From the NCBI GenBank assembly GCA_963833985.1, contig CAWIAD010000002.1:5952001-6016000 (forward strand): a stretch of 64,000 nt of DNA. Direction: 5' to 3'. The notes beneath the pieces were generated by a model that saw only the letters and a list, made by a program, of their open reading frames with translations, was not told the DNA's origin and did no database searches. The position numbers and the translations under genes were made by a program. Position 1 is the stretch's first letter; every line of letters begins with the position of its first letter. Below, one piece after another: positions 10,031-20,990 of this stretch. The stretch is from an uncultured Planctomycetaceae bacterium (GTDB lineage: Bacteria; Planctomycetota; Planctomycetia; Isosphaerales; Isosphaeraceae).

Positions 10031-10862
10031 CCCGAAATGCCCCGTGGAGTTGGCTGATTCGAGAAACGATCCGCGTCGTGTGGAGGAACTGATCTCAGCA
10101 GCCCTGAAAGCGCCTGATACTGACGAGACCACCTACTGGGATGCGATCGAAGCTCTGCACTGGCGGGGGAATCGGGACGTTCTGGACCAGGCGTCTCCTC
10201 TGTGTCACAGCCCGTGCTCCGTGGAACGCAGAGTCGGTGCAGACATTCTCGGGCAATTGGGGTGCCCTGATCGCACTTTCCCCGAGGAGTGTTGCCGTAT
10301 CCTGACGGGACTCTTGGAAATTGAGCAAGAAACCAGTGTGGTTTCAGCGGCACTCGTCGCCCTTTCGCACCACAGGGCTCCCGACGCAATCGGGCTGGTA
10401 TCACGGTTTCTCCACCACGCTGACGCCGTGGTGCGTCATGCCGTGGTCCTGGCGCTGATGGGCTACGAGACTGCGAATGCCATTGAGCCACTCAGGGAAT
10501 TGACGAGAGACCCGGATGCTCACGTCCGAGACTGGGCGACTTTTGCCTTGGGAACACAGGTGGACGTAGACACACCAGAGGTTCGACAGGCACTTGTTGA
10601 AAGGCTGACCGATGAAGATGCCGACGCTCGTGGGGAAGCGTTCGTCGGCTTGGCCAGACGGAGAGACCGGCGGCTGCTCCTGGCACTCCAGGCAGAGCTC
10701 GCTTCGGATTCGGTCGGGACGCACAGCGTCGAAGCTGCTTCCCTGATAGGCGATCCGTCCCTCTATCCCTTCCTCATCGATCTTCGGGGTTGGTGGGACA
10801 AGAATGGTGACACCGAACTGCTCCACGAGGCCATCGAGGCATGCCGGCCCGATTCCGGGTAG
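10023..10862 (+). CDS. HEAT/PBS-lyase repeat protein
   Basis: Repeated helical units (ERRVGADILGQLG; DAVVRHAVVLAL; DPDAHVRDWATFALG; DEDADARGEAFVGLA). GTG start overlaps the hen1 stop (GTGAATAA). Confidence 0.85.
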   Translation: MNNPKCPVELADSRNDPRRVEELISAALKAPDTDETTYWDAIEALHWRGNRDVLDQASPLCHSPCSVERRVGADILGQLGCPDRTFPEECCRILTGLLEIEQETSVVSAALVALSHHRAPDAIGLVSRFLHHADAVVRHAVVLALMGYETANAIEPLRELTRDPDAHVRDWATFALGTQVDVDTPEVRQALVERLTDEDADARGEAFVGLARRRDRRLLLALQAELASDSVGTHSVEAASLIGDPSLYPFLIDLRGWWDKNGDTELLHEAIEACRPDSG

Positions 10863-10902
10863 GCCACGTCCGGTCGCCATGAGATCGTTGGTTGACGATT
10901 CC

Positions 10903-13478
10903 ATGAACATCAAGATACCCAACCTCAGCCTTGTCATCCTGGTTGGCCCCAGCGGGTCGGGCAAGAGCACGTTCGCCCGCAGGCACTTCAGGCCCACCGA
11001 GGTCCTCTCGTCCGACGCCTGCCGGGGGATGGTCTCGGACGAGGAGAACGACCAGACCGTCACGAAGGACGCCTTCGAGGTGCTCCGGTTCATCGCCGGG
11101 AAGCGGCTCGCCCTGGGGCGGTTCACCGTGATCGACGCCACCAGCGTCCAGCCCGAGGCGCGCAAGCCGCTCGTGGAACTGGCACGTCAGTATCACGTGC
11201 TGCCCGTGGCGATCGTGCTCGACCTCCCGGAGCGAACTTGCCAGGAGCGTAATGCCGGGCGCAGTGACCGCGGTTTTGGCCCCCACGTCATCCGCAACCA
11301 GAAGTCCGACCTGCGGCGCGGGCTCGGGGGGCTCCAGCGTGAGGGCTTCCGTCACGTTTACGTGCTCAAGACGCCCGAGGAGGTGGAAGCCGCAGCGGTC
11401 GAACGGGTGCCGCTCTGGAACGACCGGCGGGACCAGCACGGGCCCTTCGATATCATTGGCGACGTCCATGGCTGCTACGACGAGCTGGAAGCATTGCTCA
11501 CCCGGCTCGGGTATTCCCACACCGGTCCAGCAGGCGCATGGTCGCATTCCGGCGGCCGGAAGCTCGTGTTTCTGGGCGACCTCGTCGACCGCGGCCCGCG
11601 CATTCCGGAGACGGTTCGCCTGGTCCTGGATAGCGTGCGGGCCGGCTCGGCCCTGTGTGTTCCCGGCAATCACGATGTCAAGTTCATGCGTGCGGTCTGG
11701 GGAAAGAACGTCCAGATCACACACGGACTCGCGGACTCGCTGAGCCAGTTCCAGGCCTACGAAGAGCACTATCACGGCTTCAGCCGCGTGGCGGCCGACT
11801 TCATCGACGGCCTGGTGAGCCACTACGTCCTGGACGACGGCAAGCTCGTCGTCGCCCACGCCGGGATGAAGGAGGAGATGCAAGGCCGGGGTTCGGCGAA
11901 GGTCCGTGATTTCGCCCTTTACGGCGAGACGACCGGTGAGACCGATGAGTTCGGACTACCGGTGCGGTTCGACTGGGCATCAGATTACCGGGGCCGGGCG
12001 ATGGTTGTCTACGGCCACACGCCCGTGCCCGAGCCCGACTGGCTCAACCGCACGGTGAACATCGACACCGGCTGCGTCTTCGGCGGCAGGCTCACGGCCC
12101 TCCGTTACCCGGAGAACGAGTTCGTGTCCGTGCCGGCCGCGCGGACCTACTGCGAACCGGCCCGGCCATTCCTTGCTCCCGAGCAGCAGGCGCCCGCTCT
12201 GTCGGCCCAGCAAGTCCACGACGAGGTGCTCGACGCCGAGGACGTGCTCGGCAAGCGAATCATCCCGACCCGGCTGCGCGGGAATGTCACGATCCGGGAG
12301 GAGAACGCCACCGCGGCGCTCGAGGTGATGAGCCGGTTCGCCGCCGACCCGAGGTGGCTAATCTATCTGCCCCCGACCATGTCGCCGTGCGAGACCAGCC
12401 GGGCCGAGGGCCTGCTGGAGCACCCGGCCGAGGCGTTCGCCTACTACCGCAACGAGGCAGCCCCGCAGGTCATCTGCGAGGAGAAGCACATGGGCTCCCG
12501 CGCCGTGGTCGTGGTGTGCCGTGATGAGCGGGCCGCACGGCAGCGGTTCGGCGTGACGACCGGCGAATCCGGAATCGTGGTCACCCGCACGGGGCGCCGG
12601 TTTTTCCATGACGACGACCTGGAGCGGTCGTTTCTCGACCGCGTGCGGGGGCGCTCACCGCCGCCGGCCTGTGGGAGAAGCTGGACACGACCTGGGCGTG
12701 CCTGGACTGCGAGCTGCTGCCGTGGTCGGCCAAGGCCCAGGAGCTGCTGCGAACCCAGTACGCCGCCGTGGGGGCAGCGGGCTCAGCGTCGCTGCCACAA
12801 GCTGTCCTGGCCCTCGCGGAGACAGGTCGACGTCTTGAAGGTGAGGAGCGGGCGAAGCTCGCCGAGATCGAGGTCCGGTTTCGGGTGAAGGAGCAAGGCA
12901 TTGACCTGTTCGTGGCCGCCTACCGGCAGTACTGCTGGACAGTCGAAAGGCTCACCGACCTGAAGCTGGCCCCGTTTCACCTGCTCGCCACGGAGGCGCG
13001 CGTCCATACGGACAAGGACCACCTCTGGCACATGACCACGCTGGCCGAGGCTTGCCAGGCCGACCCCGAATTGTTGCTGGCGACCCGGTACCGGCTGGTG
13101 GAATTGACCGACCAGGCGAGCCAGGACGAAGCGATCGCCTGGTGGCACGAGCACACGGGACGGGGCGGTGAGGGAATGGTCGTGAAGCCCCTGTCGTTCA
13201 TCCACCGGGGTCGCCGCGGCCTGAGCCAGCCCGCCGTGAAGTGCCGCGGGCGCGAGTACCTGCGGATCATCTACGGTCCCGACTACACGACCGGCGAGAA
13301 CCTGGAGCGCCTGAGCTCACGCGGCCTGGGCCGCAAGCGGACGCTCGCCCTCGGTGAGTTCGCCCTGGGCATCGAGGGTCTGGAGCGGTTCGTGCGTGGC
13401 GAACCCCTGCGCAGGGTCCACGAGTGCGTCTTCGGCGTGCTGGCCCTGGAGAGCGAGCCCGTTGATCCGAGGTTGTAG
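10903..13478 (+). CDS. pnkp: Polynucleotide kinase-phosphatase-ligase Pnkp, with one frameshift near 12647-12651
   Basis: Kinase GPSGSGKS; phosphoesterase GDVHG, GDLVDRG, GNHD; ligase EEKHMGSR, GGEGMVVKP, KCRGREYLRIIYG; ends SEPVDPRL. Adding one base in the G-run at 12647-12651 restores VR.ALTAAGLWE..DCELLPWSAKA. Confidence 0.95.
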
Positions 13479-13635
13479 CGAGGGACAGAGCATGGCGGCA
13501 AAAAGCCTCAAGCTCAAGGCAGTACGGCTCTGCTGATTCGCAATTCGCAAAGCCCATCCAGGGTTCGGTTGCCAGAGGGCTGGACTCAATATACCGTGGG
13601 ACTGCCGCAGTTCGAGACGGAGACGGGAGGATCCT

Positions 13636-13806
13636 ATGCCCAGAAGCGTTCCCAGTTCAGGCAAGAAGGTTCGTCCGAAGACCGCCGTGAAGGGTAAGCG
13701 GTATCTCTGCGCCGTCTGCCGCAAGCGAAGCCCCAAAGCCGTCAAGACGCCCGCCCCGTGGTACTGCCCGAAGTGCCGCGCCGAACGAGAACCGCAAACG
13801 TCATGA
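13636..13806 (+). CDS. Small basic zinc-ribbon protein (56 aa, two CxxC)
   Basis: My translation: MPRSVPSSGKKVRPKTAVKGKRYLCAVCRKRSPKAVKTPAPWYCPKCRAEREPQTS*. GGGAGG RBS upstream; stop overlaps the next ATG (ATGA). Too short for the supplied ORF track. Confidence 0.7.
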   Translation: MPRSVPSSGKKVRPKTAVKGKRYLCAVCRKRSPKAVKTPAPWYCPKCRAEREPQTS

Positions 13807-14261
13807 CAATCCTCTTCCTGCACGGCTGGACCTCGGTGCCGGGCGGCGTCAAGCCGACGTACCTGGCGTCGCACGGGCACGCCGTCATCAACCCGAAACT
13901 CCCCGACGAGGACTTCCCTGAGGCCGTCCGCATCGCCCAGGCCGCGTTCGACGACCACCAGCCGCAGGCCGTCGTGGGGTCGAGCCGTGGCGGCGCTGTG
14001 GCCATGAACATCCGCACTGGCGATGCGAGGCTGGTCTTGCTCTGTCCGGCGTGGAAGCGCTGGGGTACGGCCAGCACGGTGAAGCCCGGCACGGTCATCC
14101 TCCACAGCAGGGCCGACGACGTCGTGCCGTTCCTGGACTCGGAGCAACTGGTGAGGAACAGTGGGTTGCCAGCCTCGGCGCTCATCGAGGTGGGCACGGA
14201 TCACCGGCTGGCCGAGCCCGAGCCGCTCGCCGGGATGCTCAGGGCCTGCGAGTCAGCGTGA
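13803..14261 (+). CDS. Small alpha/beta hydrolase (YqiA/YcfP-like esterase)
   Basis: ILFLHG oxyanion motif, nucleophile elbow GSSRGG, HSRADDVV acid, DHRL histidine. Confidence 0.85.
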   Translation: MTILFLHGWTSVPGGVKPTYLASHGHAVINPKLPDEDFPEAVRIAQAAFDDHQPQAVVGSSRGGAVAMNIRTGDARLVLLCPAWKRWGTASTVKPGTVILHSRADDVVPFLDSEQLVRNSGLPASALIEVGTDHRLAEPEPLAGMLRACESA

Positions 14262-14305
14262 AGCTTCAGGAATCATCGTTCCTTGCCGCGTAAGGGGTTG
14301 CCGGT

Positions 14306-14935
14306 ATGTCCGGAGAATCCGACAGTCTCAACGGTTCCATCACGTGCTGGATTGGAGACCTGAAAAGCGGGGGCACGGCAGCGGCCCAACCTCTCTGGGA
14401 TCGCTACTTCACCCGGCTGGTTCAGCTCGCCCGTGGACATCTTCGAAGAGTTCGTACCAAGGCCGTCGTCGAAGACGAGGAGGATGCGGCCCTCAGCGCC
14501 TTCGAGAGTTTCTGCGATGGCATCACCCGCGGCCGGTTCTCTTCCCTGTGCGATCGCGACGATCTTTGGCGGCTCTTGGTCGTGATCACGATACGCAAGG
14601 TGCAGGACCAGCTCGAGCGCGCGCGTGCCGCGAAGCGCGGGGGTGGCAAGGTGGTCTCCGAGGCGGCGCTGATGCTGGACGGGGACAGTGAGGAAGCCGG
14701 ATTGCTCGACCTGCTCACGGGCGACGAGCCAGGCCCGGAGCTCGCTGCCATGGTTGCCGAGGAGTACCGGCTGCTGCATGACCGGCTCGCCAACGACACG
14801 CTCCGCCAGGTGCTCGATCTGCGGCTCGAGGGCTATACCCGCGACGAGATTGCCGCGCGGCTGGGATGTGCCCAGAGGACCGTGGCGCGCAAGCTCGAGA
14901 TCATCCGGCAAGAGTGGCTCGGCGACGAGGCATGA
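14306..14935 (+). CDS. ECF-type RNA polymerase sigma factor (planctomycete type)
   Basis: GSITCWI..LK.G...AAQPLWDRYF.RLV.LAR; DEEDAALSAF.SF; DRDDLWRLL; C-terminal HTH LRLEGYT.DEIA.RLGC..RTV.RKL..IR..W. Confidence 0.88.
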   Translation: MSGESDSLNGSITCWIGDLKSGGTAAAQPLWDRYFTRLVQLARGHLRRVRTKAVVEDEEDAALSAFESFCDGITRGRFSSLCDRDDLWRLLVVITIRKVQDQLERARAAKRGGGKVVSEAALMLDGDSEEAGLLDLLTGDEPGPELAAMVAEEYRLLHDRLANDTLRQVLDLRLEGYTRDEIAARLGCAQRTVARKLEIIRQEWLGDEA

Positions 14936-15141
14936 CGCCAGGCCGGAGCCGGCTGTCTCCGCCCCGCGCCGCGCTGAGCACGTCCCGGGCAAGGGCGTCC
15001 CTCTGTAGAACTGCCTCGCGCAGCCAGAAGAGCGCCTGCTCGGCGAGGTGGTCCCTCTCGCTCTGGTCGGGGCATCAACGGCGGACTGCTGTTCAAGGTC
15101 CACGATCGATGGATTCCCGATCGACCCGGTGTACGAGGTGA

Positions 15142-18100
15142 TCAGACTGCTTCGGGTTCGTCCGCCGCCGGCTCCGATGCACGGCCCGCGTAGAGCAACC
15201 AGTAAGTGACCGGAATCACGAACAGGGTGAAGATGGTCGAGGCGACCAGCCCGAAGATGAGCGACCAGGCCAGTCCGGAGAAGATCGGGTCGAGCGTGAT
15301 GGGGATGCTCGAGAGCATGGCCGCGCTGGCGGTCAGGAGGATGGGCCGCAAGCGAACCACGCGGCTCTCCATGATGGCGTCGAAGAGCGACCGTCCCCGC
15401 GCCACCGACTGGTGGATGAAGTCAACCAGGATGATCGAGTCCCGCGTGACGATCCCCGCCAGGGCGATCATGCCGATCATGGCCGTGGCGGTGAAGAAGA
15501 CCGGGTCCGCGAAGCCGCCGACGGTCTGCCCGGACATGCGGTTGAGCAGCCAGAATCCAGGCATGACGCCGAGGACCGTGAGAGGAATGGCCAGCATGAC
15601 CACGAGCGGTACGACGAAGGAGTTCGTCTGGGCGACGAGGATCACGTAGATCATCAGCATCGCCGCGCCGAAGGCCAGGCCAAGGTCGCGAAAGACGTCG
15701 ATGGTGATCTTCCACTCCCCTTCGCCGGCGAACTCGACGCGCGTGCCCTCCGGCACCGACCAGGCAACGCCCCCGCCGTTCTGGAAGTAATTCCGCTGCT
15801 CCAGCGGCCGCGGCTGCGCATCGGCCACCCATCCCTGGGACTCCGTCCCGGCGGGTTTCCGGTCGAAGGTGACATCAAGGACGCACTCGGCAGGCGGCCG
15901 GCCAGCGGTCTCGGCGAACACGTAGGCCACGCGCTGAAGGTTCTTGTGGTAAATCGTCTGGTCCACCCTCCGGTCCTGCCAGCGGCCGATCTCGGCGAGT
16001 GCGACCATGTGGCCGGTCCGGCCCTTGACCCGGATCGTGGAGAGGTCCTCGGCACTCGAGCGAATCGCCCGCGGCAGCCGCAGCTCGATGGCCAGAGGGT
16101 TACGTTCCCCCTTGAGCCGGACTGTACCCGCGCTGCGCCGCCGAGCACCATCTGGAGCGTATGCGCCACCTGTTCGACCGAGACGCCGTTCAGCGCGGCT
16201 TTCTCCTGGTCCGCCACGAAGACGAGCGTGGGAGCGGCCGCCTCGACGGTGTCGTCAATCTCGATCACCCCGGGCTCCTTGCTCAGGCGCCGCGCGACCG
16301 TCCCGGCGGCCGAGATCAACTCGGGGTACGTCTGGTCCATGCGCCCGTAGATTTCCGCCACGATGGAGGAGAGCACCGGAGGGCCGGGCGGCAGCTCGAC
16401 AATCTTCACGCGTGCGCCATGCTTTTCGGCAATCCGCGTGAACGGCTCGTGCAGCCGCAGGGCCAGGGCGTGGCTCTGGGCGGAGCGCTGCTTCTTGGCA
16501 ACGAGGTTGACCCGGATCTCCGCCTGGTGCGGCATCTGCCGCAGGTAATAGTGGCGCACCAGGCCGTTGAAATCCATCGGGCTGGACACGCCCACGTAGC
16601 TCGTGAAATTGGTCACCTCGGGAACGCGGGCGAGCTCCGATTCGATCTCCTGCACAACCACGTTCGAGCGCTCGAGCGTGGTGCCCTCGTCGCAGTCGAG
16701 CACCACCAGAAGCTCGTTCTTGTTGTCGAACGGCAGCATCTTCAGGGGCACGGACCGCATGGCCGCCAGGCCCATCGCGGCGACGGTCAGGACGCCGATG
16801 AACAGCAGGAAGGCCGCGGCCGTGAGCCGCGAGTGCAGCAGGGGCTTCATCAAGGGATAAAAGATCTTGTACAGCCGGGTCTGGCGAATGGCGTCCGGGT
16901 CGTCGGGATCATGGCCGTGATGCCCGCCCTCGCCCCCGTGCTGGAACTTGCGGTGCAGCACCTGGTAGGCCATCCACGGCGTGATGGTGAAGGCGACGAC
17001 CATCGACATCAGCATGGCCACGGGCACGTTGAGCGCCATGGGGGCCATGTACGGGCCCATCATGCCGGTGATGAAGAACATCGGCAGGAAGCTGACGATC
17101 ACCGCCAGCGTGGCACTGATCAGGGGAGGCCGGATCTCGGCCACGGCTTCGAGCACGACATCGCGGGTGGCCCTGCCGCGCATGGCGAAGTGCCGGGCGA
17201 TGTTCTCGACGTCCACGATGGGGTCGTCCACGAGCAGGCCGAGCGAGAGGATCAGCGCGAAGAGCGTGACACGGTTGATGGTGTACCCGAAGAGCAGGTT
17301 CACTCCCAGCGTCAGCCCGAAGACGACCGGCACGGCCACCGCCACGATGAACGCCTCGCGCCAGCCCAGGCTCAGGGTCAAGAGCGCGACGACGATGAGG
17401 ATGGCGACCCAGAGGCCCTCGACCAGCTCGTTGACCTTGTCGTCGGCGGTCAGTCCGGAGTTGCGCGTGATGACCATTTCCACATCGGCCGGCACGACGT
17501 CGTTGCGCAGCTCTGCGGCCGCCTGGAGGACGGTCCGCGCCACGGCCACGGCGTTGGTCCCTTTCTGCTTGGCGATGGCGATCGTCACGGCCGGCTGCGT
17601 GACCGCCAGGGACGGATCGCCAGGGACGGGGTTGGGCTCGTGGCCCTGGCCCTCCGGCTCGATCCGTGTGCCCGTCGCGCCGTGTTCCGCTTCCAGGCCT
17701 CGGGCCGGTCCCCAGCCATGGCGAACATAGGTGACCACCTCGGCGGGGCCGTCGCGCAGGGACGCGACGTCCTTGAGGAATACGGGCCTGTCCTGGTACA
17801 CGCCGACCACCAGCTCCGGCAGTTGCTCGGGGCGTTCGATGACCATTCCCGCCCGCACCTGGAAAAGCGCGTCATTGCGCGTGAAGCTCCCCGCCGGCAG
17901 CACGACGTTTGCGCCCTGGAGCGCTTGCTGGACGTCCAGCGGACTGATGCCGTGGGCCTGGAGCCGCTCGGGGTCGAGATCGACGCGCAGCATCCTGGGC
18001 TCGCCGCCGACCACGTAGGCCCGGGAAACGTTGGAAAGGGCGGCCAGGCGCTGAACCACCTCCTCGCCGATCCGTCGCAGTGCGTGGCTGCCCTGGCTCT

Positions 18101-18581
18101 GGCTCGTGAGCGCAAGCGTGACGACGGGGACGTCGTCAATCTCCACGGGCTTCACAACCCAGCCAGTCACGCCGGGCGGGACGGTGTCCTGGCTCTCATC
18201 GAGTTTCTTGAACAGCTTGACCAGGCTGCGCTCCCGGTCCTGCCCCACGTAGAACCTCACCGTGATGATGGCCTGGTTCTCGCGGGCCATGCTATAAACG
18301 TATTCCACGCCGTCGATCTGGTAGAGGATCTTCTCCAGCGGCGTGGCGACGAGCTGTTCCACCTGGTCGGCGGCAAGCCCCGGAGCGTTGACCATCACAT
18401 CGGCCATCGGCACCACGATCTGCGGGTCTTCCTCACGCGGGGTGACGAGCAAGGCAGCCACGCCGATGAGCAGCGAGACGATGATGAGGATGATCGAGAA
18501 GTTGGTGTTGAGGAACTGGTGGACGATGCCGTTCAAGAAATCGTGCTTGCCGTGAGCCGGCGTCGGCTCCTGCTGGCTCAT
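15142..18581 (-). CDS. RND efflux permease (AcrB/AcrD/AcrF family), frameshifted near 16130
   Basis: TPREEDPQIVVP, INRVTLFALILSLGLLVDDPIVDVENI, KMLPFDNKNE; the C-terminal ORF 15142..16008 carries GIVTRDSIILVDF and RLRPILLT. Confidence 0.9.
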
Positions 18582-19719
18582 GATCGACCCTCCGGGTTGG
18601 CGGCCCGCCGCGGCACGACCACGCGCTCGCCGGCCCGCAGCCCGGAAAGCACCTCGCGGCCTTCCGGCAGGGACCTGCCAAGCTGGACGACGTGGCGGCG
18701 GACCTGGCCGTCCTCAACGACATCGACCTCATCAAGCTGGCCCACCTGGCGCACGGCCGCCCTGGGAACGACGATGACTTCCTCCTCGCCGATGGGGATG
18801 AAGATGCGGCCAAACATGCCGCTGTAGACATTCGGCGGGCACGGCCCGGTGACCTTCACCTGGAACGACCGGCTGTCGGCCTGCGCCTCGGGGACGATCT
18901 CCGAGATCGTCGCATGGCAGTCGAGGTCCAGGGCGTCAAGGCGGGCAGCCACCTTCTGGCCGACCTCCAGCCCCATCGCCAACGACTCGCGCACCGTGGC
19001 CACCATCTGCATCTGCTGGCGATCGTACATGGTCAGAAGCGGCTGTCCCGGGCTGACCGTGTCGCCGGGATTGACTTTCTTGTCGACGACCACCCCGGCA
19101 ATCGGCGCGTGAATGACGGCGTAGCCCTGAAAGATCTGGGCTTCCTTGACGGCTTGCTGGGCACGCTCCAGCTCGGCCCTGGCGGCAAGGTACGCCGTGT
19201 TCGCTTGCTCCAGCTCCTGCTGTGCGATGGAATTGACGGCGCGGAGCCGGCGGGACCGCTCGACGTCGATCCGCGCCTGGTTCAACTTCGCGTTGGCCCC
19301 CGATTCGGCCGCCTCGGCCTGCTGCAACCGCGCGTGCAGGTCGGCGTCGTCGAGCACGACGACCTCGTCTCCCTGCTGCACGGTCTGCCCGGCCTTCACC
19401 TTCACCTCCTTGACGCGCGCCAGGATCTTGGATGCGACGACCGCCTCATGGAGGGCGCGGATGGTGCCCACCGCTGATTCGGTCCTGGGCCGCCTGGTGC
19501 GCTTCACCTCCAGGGTTTGCAGGTCGGCGAGCACGGCCCGGCGGCCGCCCCCGCTGAGTCCGGCTGGACCTTGGGTACGAAGCGGCCGGCGAGGCTCATC
19601 ATCATGTAGATGATCCCCGCCGTGAAAGCCAGCGCCATGAACACGGTGCCGAGCCAGCGCAGGCTTCTTCTCGGGTACCTCGTTGCGGCAGCGGTCGGCT
19701 CGGATTGGGCTGTGGTCAT
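18578..19719 (-). CDS. RND periplasmic adaptor subunit, frameshifted near 19545
   Basis: AGGAG RBS and ATG at 19719 (MTTAQSEP...TM helix); continues in ORF 18578..19534 (VGTIRA, APIAGVV, V.PG.PLL, GMFGR). Confidence 0.85.
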
Positions 19720-19747
19720 ATGCCGGCTCCTGACAACAGTATGCCGC

Positions 19748-20170
19748 TCACTTCGCACTCCTGGGAAACCCGGCGGCAAGCAGGTCGCGGTAACCGACGC
19801 GCAGCGCCCGGGAGTCAAAGCCCAGCTTCCGGAAGATTTCCCCCGCGGGCACTGCCCGGCCGCCCGCCGCACAGTGACAGTAGACGATCGTCCCCTTCGG
19901 AATCAGCGTCTCGAGCTTGGCCCGCTGCGCCTGGGGAATGCCGTTCTGCTCCCATTCGGTGAGCAGGCTGAGGGGGATCAGCAGGGCACCTTCCAGATGG
20001 CCCCGGTCCCACTCCGATTTCTCGCGCACGTCCACGAGCACGGCGTGCTTCGCTTGAACGCTGGTCTTCACCTGGCTCAAGGGCTCGGCCGAATGCTGCG
20101 CTCCACGCACCGCGACAACAACCCCCAGCATGATCATCACCCCCAGCCCGCTCATACCCACATTCCGCAT
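19748..20170 (-). CDS. Exported rhodanese-like sulfurtransferase
   Basis: Signal-peptide-like N-terminus, LVDVRE..EW..GHLEGA..IPL, active-site loop HCAAGGRA. Confidence 0.85.
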   Translation of the reverse strand: MRNVGMSGLGVMIMLGVVVAVRGAQHSAEPLSQVKTSVQAKHAVLVDVREKSEWDRGHLEGALLIPLSLLTEWEQNGIPQAQRAKLETLIPKGTIVYCHCAAGGRAVPAGEIFRKLGFDSRALRVGYRDLLAAGFPRSAK

Positions 20171-20234
20171 GACTCACTCCCTGTCGAGAAGACAGCAGAA
20201 CCACCTGTCCTGATCATCCCGCTTCCTTGCACCG

Positions 20235-20822
20235 TCAGGCTTGCTTGACCGCGCAACCCGGCTCATTCCGCCCTGCCTGGTTCCATGGCATCCGCGCGAT
20301 CAGCCATCCGAGCGGGCAGAAGCCCGTGACGCCCGCGAACACCAGACCGCAGCCCACGAAGCCCGCGAGCCAGAACCATTCCGGAGAGCCCAGCTCGCCC
20401 ATGGCAAACCCCGACAGAGCCATCGTTCCCGCCGTGACCTGCACCTGCCGGTCCAGGGGCAGCACCTTCTTGCCACGCGCCACAGGCAGACCGGCCTCGG
20501 CCCACGCCAGGGTGCCGCCCGTCACGTTCACCACGTTCGTGTAACCCGCCGCCAGAAACCTCGCGCAGGCCTTCTCGCTGCGCGTCCCTGTGCGGCAGAT
20601 GACGTAGAGCGGCTCGTCGCTGCCGAGCCTGCGCGTTTGCATGAACGTTCTCGGGTTCAGCTCATCGAGTGGTGCCACCGTGGCGATGGTCGCGTGCATC
20701 CCTCGGTATTCGGCCGGGGTCCGAACATCAATCAATTCGATCGGCTTGCCGCCCCGGTGCAGCTCGTGAAGCTGCTGCGGCCGGATACTCGCCATTCCGC
20801 TCGGACTTTCCATTGTTAGCAT
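20235..20822 (-). CDS. Rhodanese plus DUF2892 membrane protein (YgaP-like)
   Basis: LIDVRTPAEY...H, active-site CRTGTRS, then LPLDRQVQ...two TM helices...FAGVTGFCPLG.L...MPWN. Confidence 0.9.
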   Translation of the reverse strand: MLTMESPSGMASIRPQQLHELHRGGKPIELIDVRTPAEYRGMHATIATVAPLDELNPRTFMQTRRLGSDEPLYVICRTGTRSEKACARFLAAGYTNVVNVTGGTLAWAEAGLPVARGKKVLPLDRQVQVTAGTMALSGFAMGELGSPEWFWLAGFVGCGLVFAGVTGFCPLGWLIARMPWNQAGRNEPGCAVKQA

Positions 20823-20915
20823 TGTCGTCGCTTCTCCGCGTCGAAGCTGCATGCAAGCGCACTCCTGGTCCAGCACTTGCCAGAGCCTGAGACCCTACAG
20901 CAAGAGATCGGATAG

Positions 20916-20948
20916 GACTACTATATTCCTTTAGCGTTATGTAGTCAA
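20916..20948 (-). promoter_or_regulatory. Sigma70-type promoter with overlapping inverted repeat, upstream of the rhodanese-RND operon
   Basis: Minus strand reads TTGACT-17 bp-TATAGT (plus-strand AGTCAA 20943-20948, ACTATA 20920-20925). Inverted repeat GACTAC (20916-20921) / GTAGTC (20941-20946). Confidence 0.7.
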
Positions 20949-20990
20949 CAACATGTTGAACGAGATTCTCAGGGTGCGGGTCAAGCGCGC

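Noticed and set aside
12640..12660. Programmed frameshift or natural split in pnkp
   Set aside because: The break falls in a G-run inside the ligase domain, and similar indels occur throughout the window, so sequencing error is the simpler explanation.
13492..13536. 14-codon ORF MAAKSLKLKAVRLC with an RBS-like sequence right after pnkp
   Set aside because: It could be the stub of a deleted gene, but it is too short to support any call.
16161..18827. Long antisense ORFs (also 33349..35349, 40259..43294 and 50905..53118)
   Set aside because: Typical stop-poor shadow frames opposite real genes in high-GC DNA.
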